Assembly: GCA_031396205.1 (NCBI GenBank) | Contig: JANNKH010000114.1 | Coordinates: 14,083-78,082 of the forward strand | Origin: Rhodoferax sp. | GTDB taxonomy: Bacteria; Pseudomonadota; Gammaproteobacteria; Burkholderiales; Burkholderiaceae_C | Direction: 5' to 3' | DNA: 64,000 nucleotides | Shown: in pieces, positions 8,126 through 17,831 of the stretch | Layout: every line of letters starts with the position of its first letter | Numbering within the stretch: the first letter of the stretch is position 1 | The notes under the pieces: model-generated | Seen by the model: only the letters and a program-made list of their open reading frames with translations | Told to the model about the DNA's origin: nothing | Databases searched by the model: none | Made by a program: the position numbers and the translations under genes

Positions 8126-8791
8126 TCAAATGCCAATACCCTGGCGCTCCAGTATGTCGCCGACCAGCTCGAGCCGCACCAGCGGGTTGTCCAACGCCAT
8201 CAGGCGCTGTTGGAGTTCCAGCGGCAGGCCGAGCACTTCGCACCAGCGGTTGGCGACCCAGCCGCAATCGTGCAGCGCAAAAGGTGCCTGGAACGGCAGC
8301 GGCTGTTCTGACTCGCCCCGCTGCTGCAGTCGCTCAATCAGCTTGCCCAGGGCCAGGGCAATGGGTTCGAGGTCAGGCGGCACCGGTATGGCAGCGTCAG
8401 CGGGCACTTGCTGCACATTGCCGATCCACAGTCCGTGACGCAATTTCTCGCGCCGGTTCACGCAAAAGCGCTGCACGCCGGTGCAGCGGATTTCCATCAG
8501 ACCCGGTTGAGGCTTTGTCAGTGTTGTGATCGTGGCCAACGTGCCGACCCCGTGGAAGTCCTCATCGGTCGTGGGTTTGCCGGTGGAGCCCGCGTGGGGT
8601 GCGCGCAATACTTCCGAGCCACCGGTAAGTGCCACCACGCCGAACGGCGCGCCATGCCGATAGCATTTGCCGATCATGTCCAGGTAGCGCACCTCGAATA
8701 TCCGCAGCGGCAACACGCCACCGGGAAACAACACGGTGCCCAGCGGGAACAGCGGCAGTGATGTGAGCGTCAATGCAGGTTCCATGGCCAC
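8126..8791 (-). CDS. Lon protease N-terminal (substrate-binding) domain protein
   Basis: 221-aa ORF. LPLFPLGTVLFPGGVLPLRIFEVRYLDM...FGVV is the Lon N-domain signature. Confidence 0.8.
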   Translation of the reverse strand: MAMEPALTLTSLPLFPLGTVLFPGGVLPLRIFEVRYLDMIGKCYRHGAPFGVVALTGGSEVLRAPHAGSTGKPTTDEDFHGVGTLATITTLTKPQPGLMEIRCTGVQRFCVNRREKLRHGLWIGNVQQVPADAAIPVPPDLEPIALALGKLIERLQQRGESEQPLPFQAPFALHDCGWVANRWCEVLGLPLELQQRLMALDNPLVRLELVGDILERQGIGI

Positions 8792-8839
8792 CCGCCTGCG
8801 CAGTGATCGATCGGCTGCACCTTCACACCGACGGCACGC

Positions 8840-10009
8840 TCAGGCGTGCAACACCGGTTCCATCGCGCCCGCGCGGGCCACCGGTTTGAGCTTGTCCAGC
8901 GCCGCACGGAGATGGCCCACGGTACGTTCGATGTTGTGCAATTTTTCCAGCCCGAACAGGCCGATACGGAAGCTCTGGAAACCCGCCCCCTCGTCGCACT
9001 GCAACGGCACGCCAGCGGCGGTCTGCAGGCCCAGGCCCAGAAACTTCTTGCCCGACTGGATGCCCGCATCGTCGGTGTAGCTGACCACCACCCCCGGCGC
9101 CTGGAAACCCGGCGCGGCCACACTGGCAAGGCCATGCTCTGCCAGCAGGGCCCGGACCGCGTCGCCCAATGCCTGCTGCTCCGCATGCAACCGTGCAAAG
9201 CCATAAGCACGGGTTTCGAACATCACGTCGCGCAGTCGGGTCAGGGCGTCGGTCGGCATGGTGGCATGGTAGGCATGGCCGCCTGCCTCATAGGCCTCCA
9301 TGATCTGCAGCCATTTGCGCAGGTCGCAGGCAAAACTGCTGCTGGTGGTCGAATCGATATGCTTGCGGGCGGCCTCGCTGAGCATCACCATCGCGCAGCA
9401 TGGCGAACTGCTCCAACCCTTTTGCGGCGCGCTGACCAGCACATCGACGCCACAGGCCTGCATATCGACCCAGATCGTGCCCGAGGCAATGCAGTCAAGC
9501 ACGAACAGGCCACCCACCGCATGCACCGCGTCGCCAACCGCACGCAGGTAGTCGTCGGGCAGCATCATGCCGCTGGCGGTTTCCACATGCGGCGCGAACA
9601 CCAGCGCCGGTTTGCTGGCCCGGATGCTGGCCACGACCTCGTCGATCGGTACCGGCGCAAACGGTGCCTGCGGGCCTTCGCCGATACGGCGTGCCTTGTG
9701 GATGATGGCCTCGGCCGGGATCTTGCCCATGTCGAAGATCTGGCTCCAGCGGTAGCTGAACCAGCCGTTGCGGATCACCAGCACCTTTTGGTCATGCGCG
9801 AACTGGCGCGCCACGGCCTCCATGCCGAAGGTGCCGCTGCCCGGCACGATGACCGCGCTGTGCGCGTGGTAGACCTCCTTGAGCACGCCGGAGATGTCCT
9901 TCATCACACCCTGGAAGCTGCCGGACATGTGGTTCAGCGCGCGATCGGTGTAGACCACCGAGTATTCGAGCAGACCGTTGGGGTCTACATGGGGCAGTAA
10001 TCCTGGCAT
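8840..10009 (-). CDS. Class V PLP aminotransferase (alanine-glyoxylate / AEP-pyruvate transaminase-like)
   Basis: ORF 8840..10174, with the start placed at ATG 10009 (MPGLLPHVDPNG...). VIVPGSGTFGMEAV and the PLP-lysine context VLVSAPQKGWSS are present. Confidence 0.8.
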   Translation of the reverse strand: MPGLLPHVDPNGLLEYSVVYTDRALNHMSGSFQGVMKDISGVLKEVYHAHSAVIVPGSGTFGMEAVARQFAHDQKVLVIRNGWFSYRWSQIFDMGKIPAEAIIHKARRIGEGPQAPFAPVPIDEVVASIRASKPALVFAPHVETASGMMLPDDYLRAVGDAVHAVGGLFVLDCIASGTIWVDMQACGVDVLVSAPQKGWSSSPCCAMVMLSEAARKHIDSTTSSSFACDLRKWLQIMEAYEAGGHAYHATMPTDALTRLRDVMFETRAYGFARLHAEQQALGDAVRALLAEHGLASVAAPGFQAPGVVVSYTDDAGIQSGKKFLGLGLQTAAGVPLQCDEGAGFQSFRIGLFGLEKLHNIERTVGHLRAALDKLKPVARAGAMEPVLHA

Positions 10010-10104
10010 GATGATCTCCGATAAGGCAAAAGCACATTTTGGCAGACTGGTGCAATTTGGTACACACTGAAGCCAGCTTGCACCCTTGCTGAGGGAATGA
10101 CAAT

Positions 10105-11955
10105 TTACCAGCTGTCGATCGATAAGCTGGCTGCCGGTCCGACAACGCTCGAAGCGAGGCTGCGAACGACCCACGGGCGTGTCTCGGCCGGATCGATCAC
10201 CGCATCGATCTCCAGCGTCGCAGCCATATTGAGCGCGCTTCCCTTTTCGTATTGCACATCGACCAGTCGCTGGAACAAGGCATCACGTTCGGCGCCTTCG
10301 GGCACCGCCCCCAGTTCCCTGCGGTAACCCAGGCGCACCGCGCCTTCGAGCCCCATGCCACCGAATTCGCCGCTTGGCCAGGACAGGGTTGCCATTGGCG
10401 CGTGAAAGCCCCCGGCCGCCATGGCCATCGCCCCAAGGCCATAGCCCTTGCGCAGCACCACGCTGACGAACGGCACCCGCAGATGGGCGGCGGCTATGAA
10501 CATGCGGCTGACATGGCGCACCTGGGCCAGCTCCTCGATCTGCGGACCGACCATGAATCCCGGTGTGTCGACGAGACTCACGATGGGCAGGCCGTGCGCA
10601 TTGCACAACTGCATGAAGCGCGCCGCTTTGTCGGCGGCATCGGCATCGATGGCGCCGCCCAGGTGCAGCGGGTTGTTGGCCATCAGTCCCACGGCACGGC
10701 CTTCGATACGCGCCAGCGCAATATGGATCCCGACACCGAACCCGGTGCGCAGCGGCAACAGGCTATGCATGTCGACCAATCCGGCCAGTGCGGCGCGGCT
10801 GTCGTAGACACGCAGACGGTTCTGCGGCACGACGTCGCGCAAGGCAGCTGCATCGGGCGCCGTCCACGCAAGCACACCGCCCTGGAAAAAGGCCAGGTAT
10901 TGCTGCGCCAGCCGAACCGCCTGTGCCTCGTCGCCAGCCAGGATGTCGATGACCCCATTGCGATGCTGAATATCGGACGGCCCGATCTGCTCGGGCCGAT
11001 ACACGCCTAGCCCGCCGCCTTCGACCATGGCCGGCCCACCCATGCCAATATTGCTGTCCTGCGTGGCAACGATCACGTCGCAGCAGCCAAGCAGGGCGGC
11101 GTTGCCGGCAAAGCAGCGCCCGGCGACGATACCGATCACCGGCAGCTGGCCATTGAGCCGCGCAAAGCTGGCAAAGGTGGCCACATGCAGGCCGGCCACG
11201 ATCGGCATGTCGACATCGCCCGGGCGGCCGCCGCCGCCTTCGGCAAACAATATCACCGGCAATTTGTTCTGCAGCGCGATGCCCAGCATGCGATCGGTTT
11301 TCTGGTGGTTGCGCATGCCTTGCGTGCCGGCCAGCACGGTGGCGTCATAGGCCATGGCCACCACACGGCTGCGCTCGGGGCCAAACAGTGCCGCGTTGAC
11401 GGTTCCGATGCCGGTCACCATGCCGTCGGCCGGCGTGTTGCGCATCAGGTCATCCTCGCTGCGCCGTGTGCGCTGCGCGGCCACGGCCAGCGCGCCGTAC
11501 TCCTGAAACGAGCCCGGGTCGCACAGATCGGCCAGGTTCTCGCGGGCGCTGCGCAGGCCCAGCGCATGGCGCTTGTCGATCGCCACCGGTCGGCTCGCGT
11601 CGGCGGTCAGGGCCTGGCGGTCCAGTACCCGCTGCAGATCGAGACGGACCCGCGCAGCAGCGTTGTCGGCCGGCGTCGGATCGCTGTCCGCGGACACGGT
11701 CGGGCTGTTCGTGGCCCGGATGCCATCGCCACTTGCGAGCATCGGGTCGATGCGCAGCAACACCTGCCCCTGTTCCACCACCTCGCCCTGCGCCGCGAAC
11801 AGCCCGGCCACCCGGCCCGCCGTCGGCGCGTGCAACGCATGCTCCATCTTCATGGCTTCGAGCACCACCAGCAGATCACCGGCAGCCACAGGATCGCCGG
11901 CCTTGACCAGCCATTGCACGATCTGGGATTGCAGCGGCGACGTGATGGAGTTCAT
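10105..11955 (-). CDS. Fusion protein: N-terminal biotinyl (BCCP) domain plus acyl-CoA carboxylase beta-type carboxyltransferase domain
   Basis: 616-aa ORF. The N-terminus VVLEAMKMEHALHAPTAGRV is the biotin attachment motif. An Ala/Pro/Ser/Asp linker follows, then a two-lobed CT domain (MAYDATVLAGTQG...LFAEGGGGRPGD ... LVDTPGFMVGP). Confidence 0.85.
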   Translation of the reverse strand: MNSITSPLQSQIVQWLVKAGDPVAAGDLLVVLEAMKMEHALHAPTAGRVAGLFAAQGEVVEQGQVLLRIDPMLASGDGIRATNSPTVSADSDPTPADNAAARVRLDLQRVLDRQALTADASRPVAIDKRHALGLRSARENLADLCDPGSFQEYGALAVAAQRTRRSEDDLMRNTPADGMVTGIGTVNAALFGPERSRVVAMAYDATVLAGTQGMRNHQKTDRMLGIALQNKLPVILFAEGGGGRPGDVDMPIVAGLHVATFASFARLNGQLPVIGIVAGRCFAGNAALLGCCDVIVATQDSNIGMGGPAMVEGGGLGVYRPEQIGPSDIQHRNGVIDILAGDEAQAVRLAQQYLAFFQGGVLAWTAPDAAALRDVVPQNRLRVYDSRAALAGLVDMHSLLPLRTGFGVGIHIALARIEGRAVGLMANNPLHLGGAIDADAADKAARFMQLCNAHGLPIVSLVDTPGFMVGPQIEELAQVRHVSRMFIAAAHLRVPFVSVVLRKGYGLGAMAMAAGGFHAPMATLSWPSGEFGGMGLEGAVRLGYRRELGAVPEGAERDALFQRLVDVQYEKGSALNMAATLEIDAVIDPAETRPWVVRSLASSVVGPAASLSIDSW

Positions 11956-12067
11956 GCCGGCGATTTTGCGTCAGGCGCGATGCCACGCAGCGTCAAGCTG
12001 GCGACAGACCAAGGAATTGCCATTGGCCACCGCTGACGTAATATGCGCTTCGCCCCATCGGCACACC

Positions 12068-13282
12068 ATGCGCGACGCAAGACCCCCACTTCCCTGGCAC
12101 GTCCCGCTGATATTTGCGCTGACATTCGTCGTGCATTACCTCGATCGCAACGTGATCGCGTTCGCCTTGCCGCGCATGGCGCAGGAGCTGCGCTGGAGCG
12201 ACCGCCAGTTGGGCGAGTACGGCCAGTACCTGCTGGGCGCGTTCTTTCTCAGCTATGGCCTGGCGCAACTGCTGCTGTCGGGCGCGGCGGAGCGTTTTGG
12301 CGCCAAGCGCAGCCTGGTGCTGGTAATCATCGGCTTTTCCTGCGTCAGCATGGCCATGGGCCCGCTCGGCGGCTCGCTGGCGATGCTGGTCGGGTTGCGA
12401 CTGCTGCTGGGCGTCGCTGAATCGGTGCATGTGCCCATGATGGGGGTGATCACGTCGCAGTTGTTTCCACAGCGGGTGCGCGCGCGCGCCAATGCGATCT
12501 GGAACGTCGGCATCATCGTTGCCACCGCAACCGGTGCGCTGATCACGATTCCCATCATCGTGACCTGGGGTTGGCGTAACGGTTTCATCATCATCGGTGC
12601 GGCCGGCCTGTTGCTGGCGCTGCCCTTGGTACTGCTGTTCGTGCCATACACCAAGCCGGCGCCGCGCCCGCCGACTGCGCGGGCCCGCAGCTATCGGCGC
12701 AAGCCCGATTACTGGCTGTACGTCAGCGTCGGGGTGCTCAACGCCTTTTGCGGTTTCGGCATACTGGGCTGGTTGCCGAGCTATTTCGTGCGTGCCAAAG
12801 GCATCGACTTTGCCGCGCTGGGCTGGCCGCTGAGCATCGTCTTTGGTGCTGGTGTCGTAGGCACGTTGGCGATCGCCTGGCTGGGCGACCATGTGCGCCG
12901 GCGCGTGCTGCTGGCTAGCGTCGGTTTCGCCGCCGCGGCGCTGGCGCTGCTGTTTGCGATTCCGGCGCGGGACTTGGTGTCGATGATCGCGTTGTTTGCG
13001 TTGGCGGTGTTCTGCCAGAGCGCGTTCCAGGCGCAAGAGCATGCGACGATCCAAAAGCTGGCCGGTGACGTGGACGTCGGCGCCGCCACTGGCACCTACA
13101 ACGGCACCAGCCTGGTGATTGGCGGTGTCGTCGGCAGCATGGTGCCCGGCGCCATCGTCTCGGCCACCGGCAGCTTTGATCTGGCGCTGTCGGCCATCGC
13201 GGCGGCGGCGCTGATCGCATCCGTGCTGGCGGGATGGCTGGCATTCAGGATGAAGGAGGGTGCGGATGGTGCAAGCGATTGA
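12068..13282 (+). CDS. MFS transporter (anion/organic acid ACS-like)
   Basis: Within ORF 11573..13282; start at ATG 12068 (MRDARPP...). About 12 hydrophobic helices, with GLRLLLGVAES and the RxxA loop typical of MFS. Confidence 0.8.
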   Translation: MRDARPPLPWHVPLIFALTFVVHYLDRNVIAFALPRMAQELRWSDRQLGEYGQYLLGAFFLSYGLAQLLLSGAAERFGAKRSLVLVIIGFSCVSMAMGPLGGSLAMLVGLRLLLGVAESVHVPMMGVITSQLFPQRVRARANAIWNVGIIVATATGALITIPIIVTWGWRNGFIIIGAAGLLLALPLVLLFVPYTKPAPRPPTARARSYRRKPDYWLYVSVGVLNAFCGFGILGWLPSYFVRAKGIDFAALGWPLSIVFGAGVVGTLAIAWLGDHVRRRVLLASVGFAAAALALLFAIPARDLVSMIALFALAVFCQSAFQAQEHATIQKLAGDVDVGAATGTYNGTSLVIGGVVGSMVPGAIVSATGSFDLALSAIAAAALIASVLAGWLAFRMKEGADGASD

Positions 13283-13387
13283 GCTGCGCCGGATGGCAAT
13301 GGCGACCCTGCCCCAGGGCCTCACGTTCAGCCGAACCCGCCACCGCGCAGCTGCCACCGCGCCGGCCGTGATGACGGCTCCGGCGCC

Positions 13388-14827
13388 ATGACCAGCGCGC
13401 TCCCTGCGCAAGGCCGCGACCCGCAGCAGATACTGGCCGAGCTGGCGCAATTCGGCGAACACGACCCGCAATACAAGGAGGGCCGTCTGTGGAGCCTGGT
13501 CTATTACCTGGACGAGGACTACCATGCGTTTCAGGGCCAGGCCTACCAGCAGTTCGCGTCCGCCAATGGGCTCAATCCCACCGCGTTCAAAAGCCTCAAG
13601 CGCTTCGAGAACGCCATCATCGCCACCACCGCCGAGCTGCACCACGGCACGCCCGAGGTCTGCGGCGTCGTCACATCGGGGGGCACCGAGAGCTGCCTGC
13701 TGGCCGTCAAGACCTACCGCGACATGGCGCGGGCAATGCGCGGCGTGCGCAAGCCCGAGATGGTACTGCCGCGCACCGCCCATGTGGCCTGGTTCAAGGC
13801 CTCGGAATATTTCGGCGTGCGCATCCGGCTGCTGGATCTGGATGCGCAGCTGCGCGCCGACGCAGGCCGACTCGACAAGCTGATCAACCGCAACACCGTG
13901 ATGGTGCTGGGTTCGGCACCGGAATATCCGCACGGCACGATCGACCCGATCGAAGCGATGGCAGCCATCACCCAGCGCCGCGCCATCCCACTGCATGTGG
14001 ATGCCTGCGTGGGCGGCTTCATCCTGCCGTTCATGGAGATGAACGGTATCCAGGTGCCGCGCTGGGACTACCGGGTGCCAGGGGTCACGTCGATCTCGGC
14101 CGATCTGCACAAGTACGGCTATGCGTCCAAGGGCGTATCGACCATTACCTACCGCACGCTGGACATGCTGAAACACCAGATGTTCGTGCATGCCGACTGG
14201 CCCGGAGGTGTATTCGCGTCTCCGGCCCTGCTCGGCACCCGGCCCGGCGGCGCTTACGCCGCCGCATGGGCGGCGCTGCAGTATTTCGGCCAATCCGGCT
14301 ATCGCGATCTGGCGTCACGCACGATGCAGGCCTTCGAACGCATGCGCGATGGCGTCAAGGCAATACCCGAGCTGTGCGTGCTGGGCGACCCCAGCGGGCC
14401 GCTGCTGGCCTATGGCGCGCGCAACAAGGCGGTGAATATGTTCGCGGTCGGCGACCAGATGGAGTTGCGCGGCTGGCAGGTGAACCGGCTGCAGAAACCC
14501 GACGGCCTGCACGCGATGATCACCGCCCGGCATCTGGACGTGATGGACGACTACCTGCGCGACCTGCAGGCTTCGGTTGCCGCCGTCAAGGCCGACCCGT
14601 CGCTGGCAGCCAAGGGCGGCGCGGCCACCTACGGCATGATGGCCCACATACCGTTGCGCGGCATGGTCAAAGGCAAGGTGCTCGACCTGTTCGCCAACCT
14701 GTACAAGGCCGGCGGAGGTGCGATCGACCTGGGCTCGGCGGCGGGCACGGCGCCGGGGCAGGAACAGGCACGCGAACCATTGGCCGAGCGGCTGGCGCGT
14801 TGGTACGTGGATTTCAAACAGCGTTGA
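13388..14827 (+). CDS. Group II PLP-dependent decarboxylase/lyase, sphingosine-1-phosphate-lyase-like
   Basis: 479-aa ORF. GVVTSGGTESCLLAVK, HVDACVGGF and the PLP lysine in SISADLHKYGYASKG are present. Confidence 0.8.
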   Translation: MTSALPAQGRDPQQILAELAQFGEHDPQYKEGRLWSLVYYLDEDYHAFQGQAYQQFASANGLNPTAFKSLKRFENAIIATTAELHHGTPEVCGVVTSGGTESCLLAVKTYRDMARAMRGVRKPEMVLPRTAHVAWFKASEYFGVRIRLLDLDAQLRADAGRLDKLINRNTVMVLGSAPEYPHGTIDPIEAMAAITQRRAIPLHVDACVGGFILPFMEMNGIQVPRWDYRVPGVTSISADLHKYGYASKGVSTITYRTLDMLKHQMFVHADWPGGVFASPALLGTRPGGAYAAAWAALQYFGQSGYRDLASRTMQAFERMRDGVKAIPELCVLGDPSGPLLAYGARNKAVNMFAVGDQMELRGWQVNRLQKPDGLHAMITARHLDVMDDYLRDLQASVAAVKADPSLAAKGGAATYGMMAHIPLRGMVKGKVLDLFANLYKAGGGAIDLGSAAGTAPGQEQAREPLAERLARWYVDFKQR

Positions 14828-15146
14828 TCGCGAAGCAAAAGCCAAGGCGTCGTCCCGCCATCGTGGGCCGATCGCCAGGAGACGGACCTGGCGCGATCGC
14901 CTGCAAACCAGTTTTCCATTCGGGACCGGGGCCAGGGTCGGCGCCATTTTCACCAGTTTTACCCACTGGTAAACCCCGATGGCGGATGCCCGTTTGCAGG
15001 GCCAGAATTCCAGCCTCAGACCGGGGCGGTCGAATCAAAATGCCCGTGATGGCAAGCGGTTCTGAAGGCGCCATGCCGTCACCTGCAAACCGTGGGATAA
15101 CATGCCACGTCGACGTTCCAGTCCCATTTTTCCGAAGGAGTTCCCC

Positions 15147-16742
15147 GTGAAAACCATGTTTATCCGTTCCGCCGCCGCATTGGCGGTCGCCAGCGCATTC
15201 GCATTGCCTGCCACCGTGCTGGCCGCCACACCCAAAGACACGCTGGTCGTGACCTGGGCCATCGACGACATCATCACGATGGACCCGGGCGAGGCGTTCG
15301 AAATCTCGGCTGGCGAGGTGATGGGCAACTCGTATGACCGGCTGTTGCGCTATGACGTGAACGACCCGTCCAAGCTTGTCGCCGATGTGGCCACCAAGTG
15401 GAGTGTTTCAGCCGACGGCAAGACCTATAGCTTCGAATTGCGGCCGGGCGTCAAGTTCGCGTCGGGCAATGCCCTGACGGCCGAAGACGTGGTGTATTCG
15501 CTGCAACGCGCCGTCATCCTGGACAAGACGCCGGCCTTCATCCTGACCCAGTTCGGCCTGACCAAGGACAATGTCAAGGACAAGATCAAGCAGACCGGCC
15601 CGCTCACGCTGACGATGGAAACCGACCAGTCTTACGCGCCGACATTCGTCTACAACTGCCTGACCGCCAATATCGCATCGATCGTCGACAAGAAGCTGCT
15701 GATGTCCAAGGAGGCCAATGGCGACATGGGCTATGGCTGGCTCAAGACCAATTACGCCGGCTCTGGTCCGATGAAGCTGCGCGAATGGCGTGCCAATGAG
15801 GTGGTGGCGCTGGAGCGCAATGACAACTACTACGGCGAGAAGTCCAAACTGGCGCGCGTCATCTACCGCCACGTGAAGGAAGCGGCGACCCAGCGCCTGA
15901 TGCTGGAAAAAGGCGACGCCGATATCGCCCGCAACCTGCAGCCGCAGGACCTGGAGGCCCTGGCCAGCAACAAGGATATCAAGACCACCGCCACGCCCAA
16001 GGGCACAGTCTGGTATTTCAGCTTGAACCAGAAAAATCCGATCCTGGCCAAACCCGAAGTGCGCGAAGCCTTCAAGTGGCTGATCGACTACGACGCCATT
16101 GGCGCAACGATGATCAAGAACGTCGGCGTCGTGCACCAGAACTTCCTGCCGGTCGGCCTGCTGGGTGCGAGCACCGACAAGCCCTACAAGCTCGACGTCG
16201 ACAAGGCCAAGGCCTTGCTGGCCAAGGCGGGCTATCCGAACGGCTTCAAGATCACGATGGACATGCGCACCACGCAACCGATCCAGGGCATGACCGAGGC
16301 ATTCCAGCAGACCGCCAAACGCGCCGGCATCGACATCGACATCCTGCCAGGCGACGGCAAGCAGACGCTGACCAAGTACCGCTCACGCCATCACTACATC
16401 TACATCGGTGCCTGGGGCGCCTAATACTGGGATCCGCACACCAATGCCGACACCTTCGCACGCAACCCGAGCAATGCAGACGACGCCAAGTCCAAGCCGC
16501 TGGCATGGCGCAATGCCTGGGATATCCCCGATATGACCAAGAAGGCCGATGCCGCCGTGCTGGAACGGGATGCCAACAAGCGCAAGGCCATGTACACCGA
16601 GTTGCAGGCCGACCACCGCAAGAACAGCCCGTTCGTCATGATCGGCCAGCAGATCGAGACCGCGGCCATCCGCAGCGACATCCAGGGTTTCAAGATCGGC
16701 CCGACGTCGGATGCGACCTACATGTTCAAGGTCAGCAAATAG
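15147..16742 (+). pseudogene. Family-5 (DppA/OppA-like) ABC substrate-binding protein interrupted by an in-frame TAA at 16422-16424
   Basis: GAAGGAG RBS, then GTG 15147 (VKTMFIRSAAALAVASAFALPATVLA signal peptide). ORF 15102..16424 and ORF 16533..16742 share one frame. The reading ..IGAWGA-TAA-YWDPHTNADTFA.. continues straight through the stop into the conserved C-terminal lobe. Confidence 0.8.
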
Positions 16743-16814
16743 TCCTGCGCCAGCAGTTCCGGCTTGAACGCTGCAGTCCAGTCGCCGCCCGCAAAGTCGG
16801 GCGGAGCCCGTTTC

Positions 16815-17831
16815 ATGGGCACGGTGAAGAGTCTCGTCAACTTCCTTGGGGTCATTTTCCTGACCTACCTGGGATTGCTGGCGGTGACGTTCTTCATCGG
16901 CCGTGTCATGCCGATCGACCCGGTGCTGGCGGTCGTCGGGGACCGCGCGCCAGAGCATGTGGTGCAGCGGGTGCGCGAAGAGATGGGGCTGAACAAGCCA
17001 CTCTACACCCAGTTCGGCATATACCTGAAAAAGGTCGCCACCGGCGACTTCGGCACCTCGGTGCTGACGTCCAATCCGGTCATGGTGGACATCAAACGAA
17101 CCTTCCCGGCCACCATCGAACTGGCCACACTGGGCATCATTCTCGGCGCCGGCCTCGGCATTCCGCTGGGGGTCTGGGCCGCAGTGCGCCGCGGCGGCAT
17201 GGTCGACCAGATCGTGCGGGTGATGGGCCTGATCGGTTATTCGGTGCCGATATTCTGGCTCGGCCTGATGGGCCTGGTGCTGTTCTATGCCAAGCTGGGC
17301 TGGATCGCCGGGCCCGGGCGCATCGACGTCAGCTATGAATACTCGGTAACGCTGGTGAGTGGCTTCCTGCTGCTCGACACCGCGCGCCAAGGCCAGTGGG
17401 ACGCGTTTCGCAACGTGTTGTCGCACCTGATCCTGCCGGCCTCGCTGCTGGGTTATTTTTCACTCGCCTACATCAGCCGCATGACGCGCTCGTTCATGCT
17501 CAATGAACTGGCGCAGGAATATGTGATCGCAGCCCGCGCCAAGGGCCTGTCGGAAACGCGGATCATCTGGCGCCATGCGCTGCGCAATGCCATGGTGCCG
17601 CTGGTGACCGTGGTGGCACTTTCCTACGCCGGCCTGCTGGAAGGCTCGGTGTTGACCGAGACCGTGTTCGCATGGCCGGGCCTGGGCCTTTACATCACCA
17701 ATTCGCTGCAAAACGCCGACATGAATGCGGTGCTGGGCGGCACCATCATTGTGGGTTCGATCTTCATCGGTCTGAACCTGCTGTCGGACCTGCTCTACAA
17801 ACTGCTCGACCCGCGCACCCGCACCCGATGA
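16815..17831 (+). CDS. ABC peptide transporter permease (DppB-like)
   Basis: ORF 16764..17831 with a BPD-transporter EAA-type region (AARAKGLSETRIIWRHALRNA). The start could be 16764 or ATG 16815. Confidence 0.85.
   Translation: MGTVKSLVNFLGVIFLTYLGLLAVTFFIGRVMPIDPVLAVVGDRAPEHVVQRVREEMGLNKPLYTQFGIYLKKVATGDFGTSVLTSNPVMVDIKRTFPATIELATLGIILGAGLGIPLGVWAAVRRGGMVDQIVRVMGLIGYSVPIFWLGLMGLVLFYAKLGWIAGPGRIDVSYEYSVTLVSGFLLLDTARQGQWDAFRNVLSHLILPASLLGYFSLAYISRMTRSFMLNELAQEYVIAARAKGLSETRIIWRHALRNAMVPLVTVVALSYAGLLEGSVLTETVFAWPGLGLYITNSLQNADMNAVLGGTIIVGSIFIGLNLLSDLLYKLLDPRTRTR

Noticed and set aside
11993-14293. 766-aa ORF on the minus strand. Similar very long ORFs are 24705..26471 (-, 588 aa), 57768..60275 (+, 835 aa), 44995..46917 (+, 640 aa), 52074..53888 (-, 604 aa), 34638..36083 (+), 26834..28204 (-) and 36010..37107 (+).
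   Set aside because: Each lies antisense to or out of frame with a gene that has clear family motifs (MFS/PLP enzyme, ydcS/T, ppsA, GGDEF-EAL, MFP, ABC ATPase, permeases, BMP protein). Their products are Arg/Gly/His/Ala-rich low-complexity strings with no recognisable motifs. These are typical shadow ORFs of high-GC DNA.
16076-17338. 420-aa Arg/His/Pro-rich plus-strand ORF spanning the SBP/permease junction.
   Set aside because: It is an alternative frame of two recognisable genes and its composition is a low-complexity shadow.
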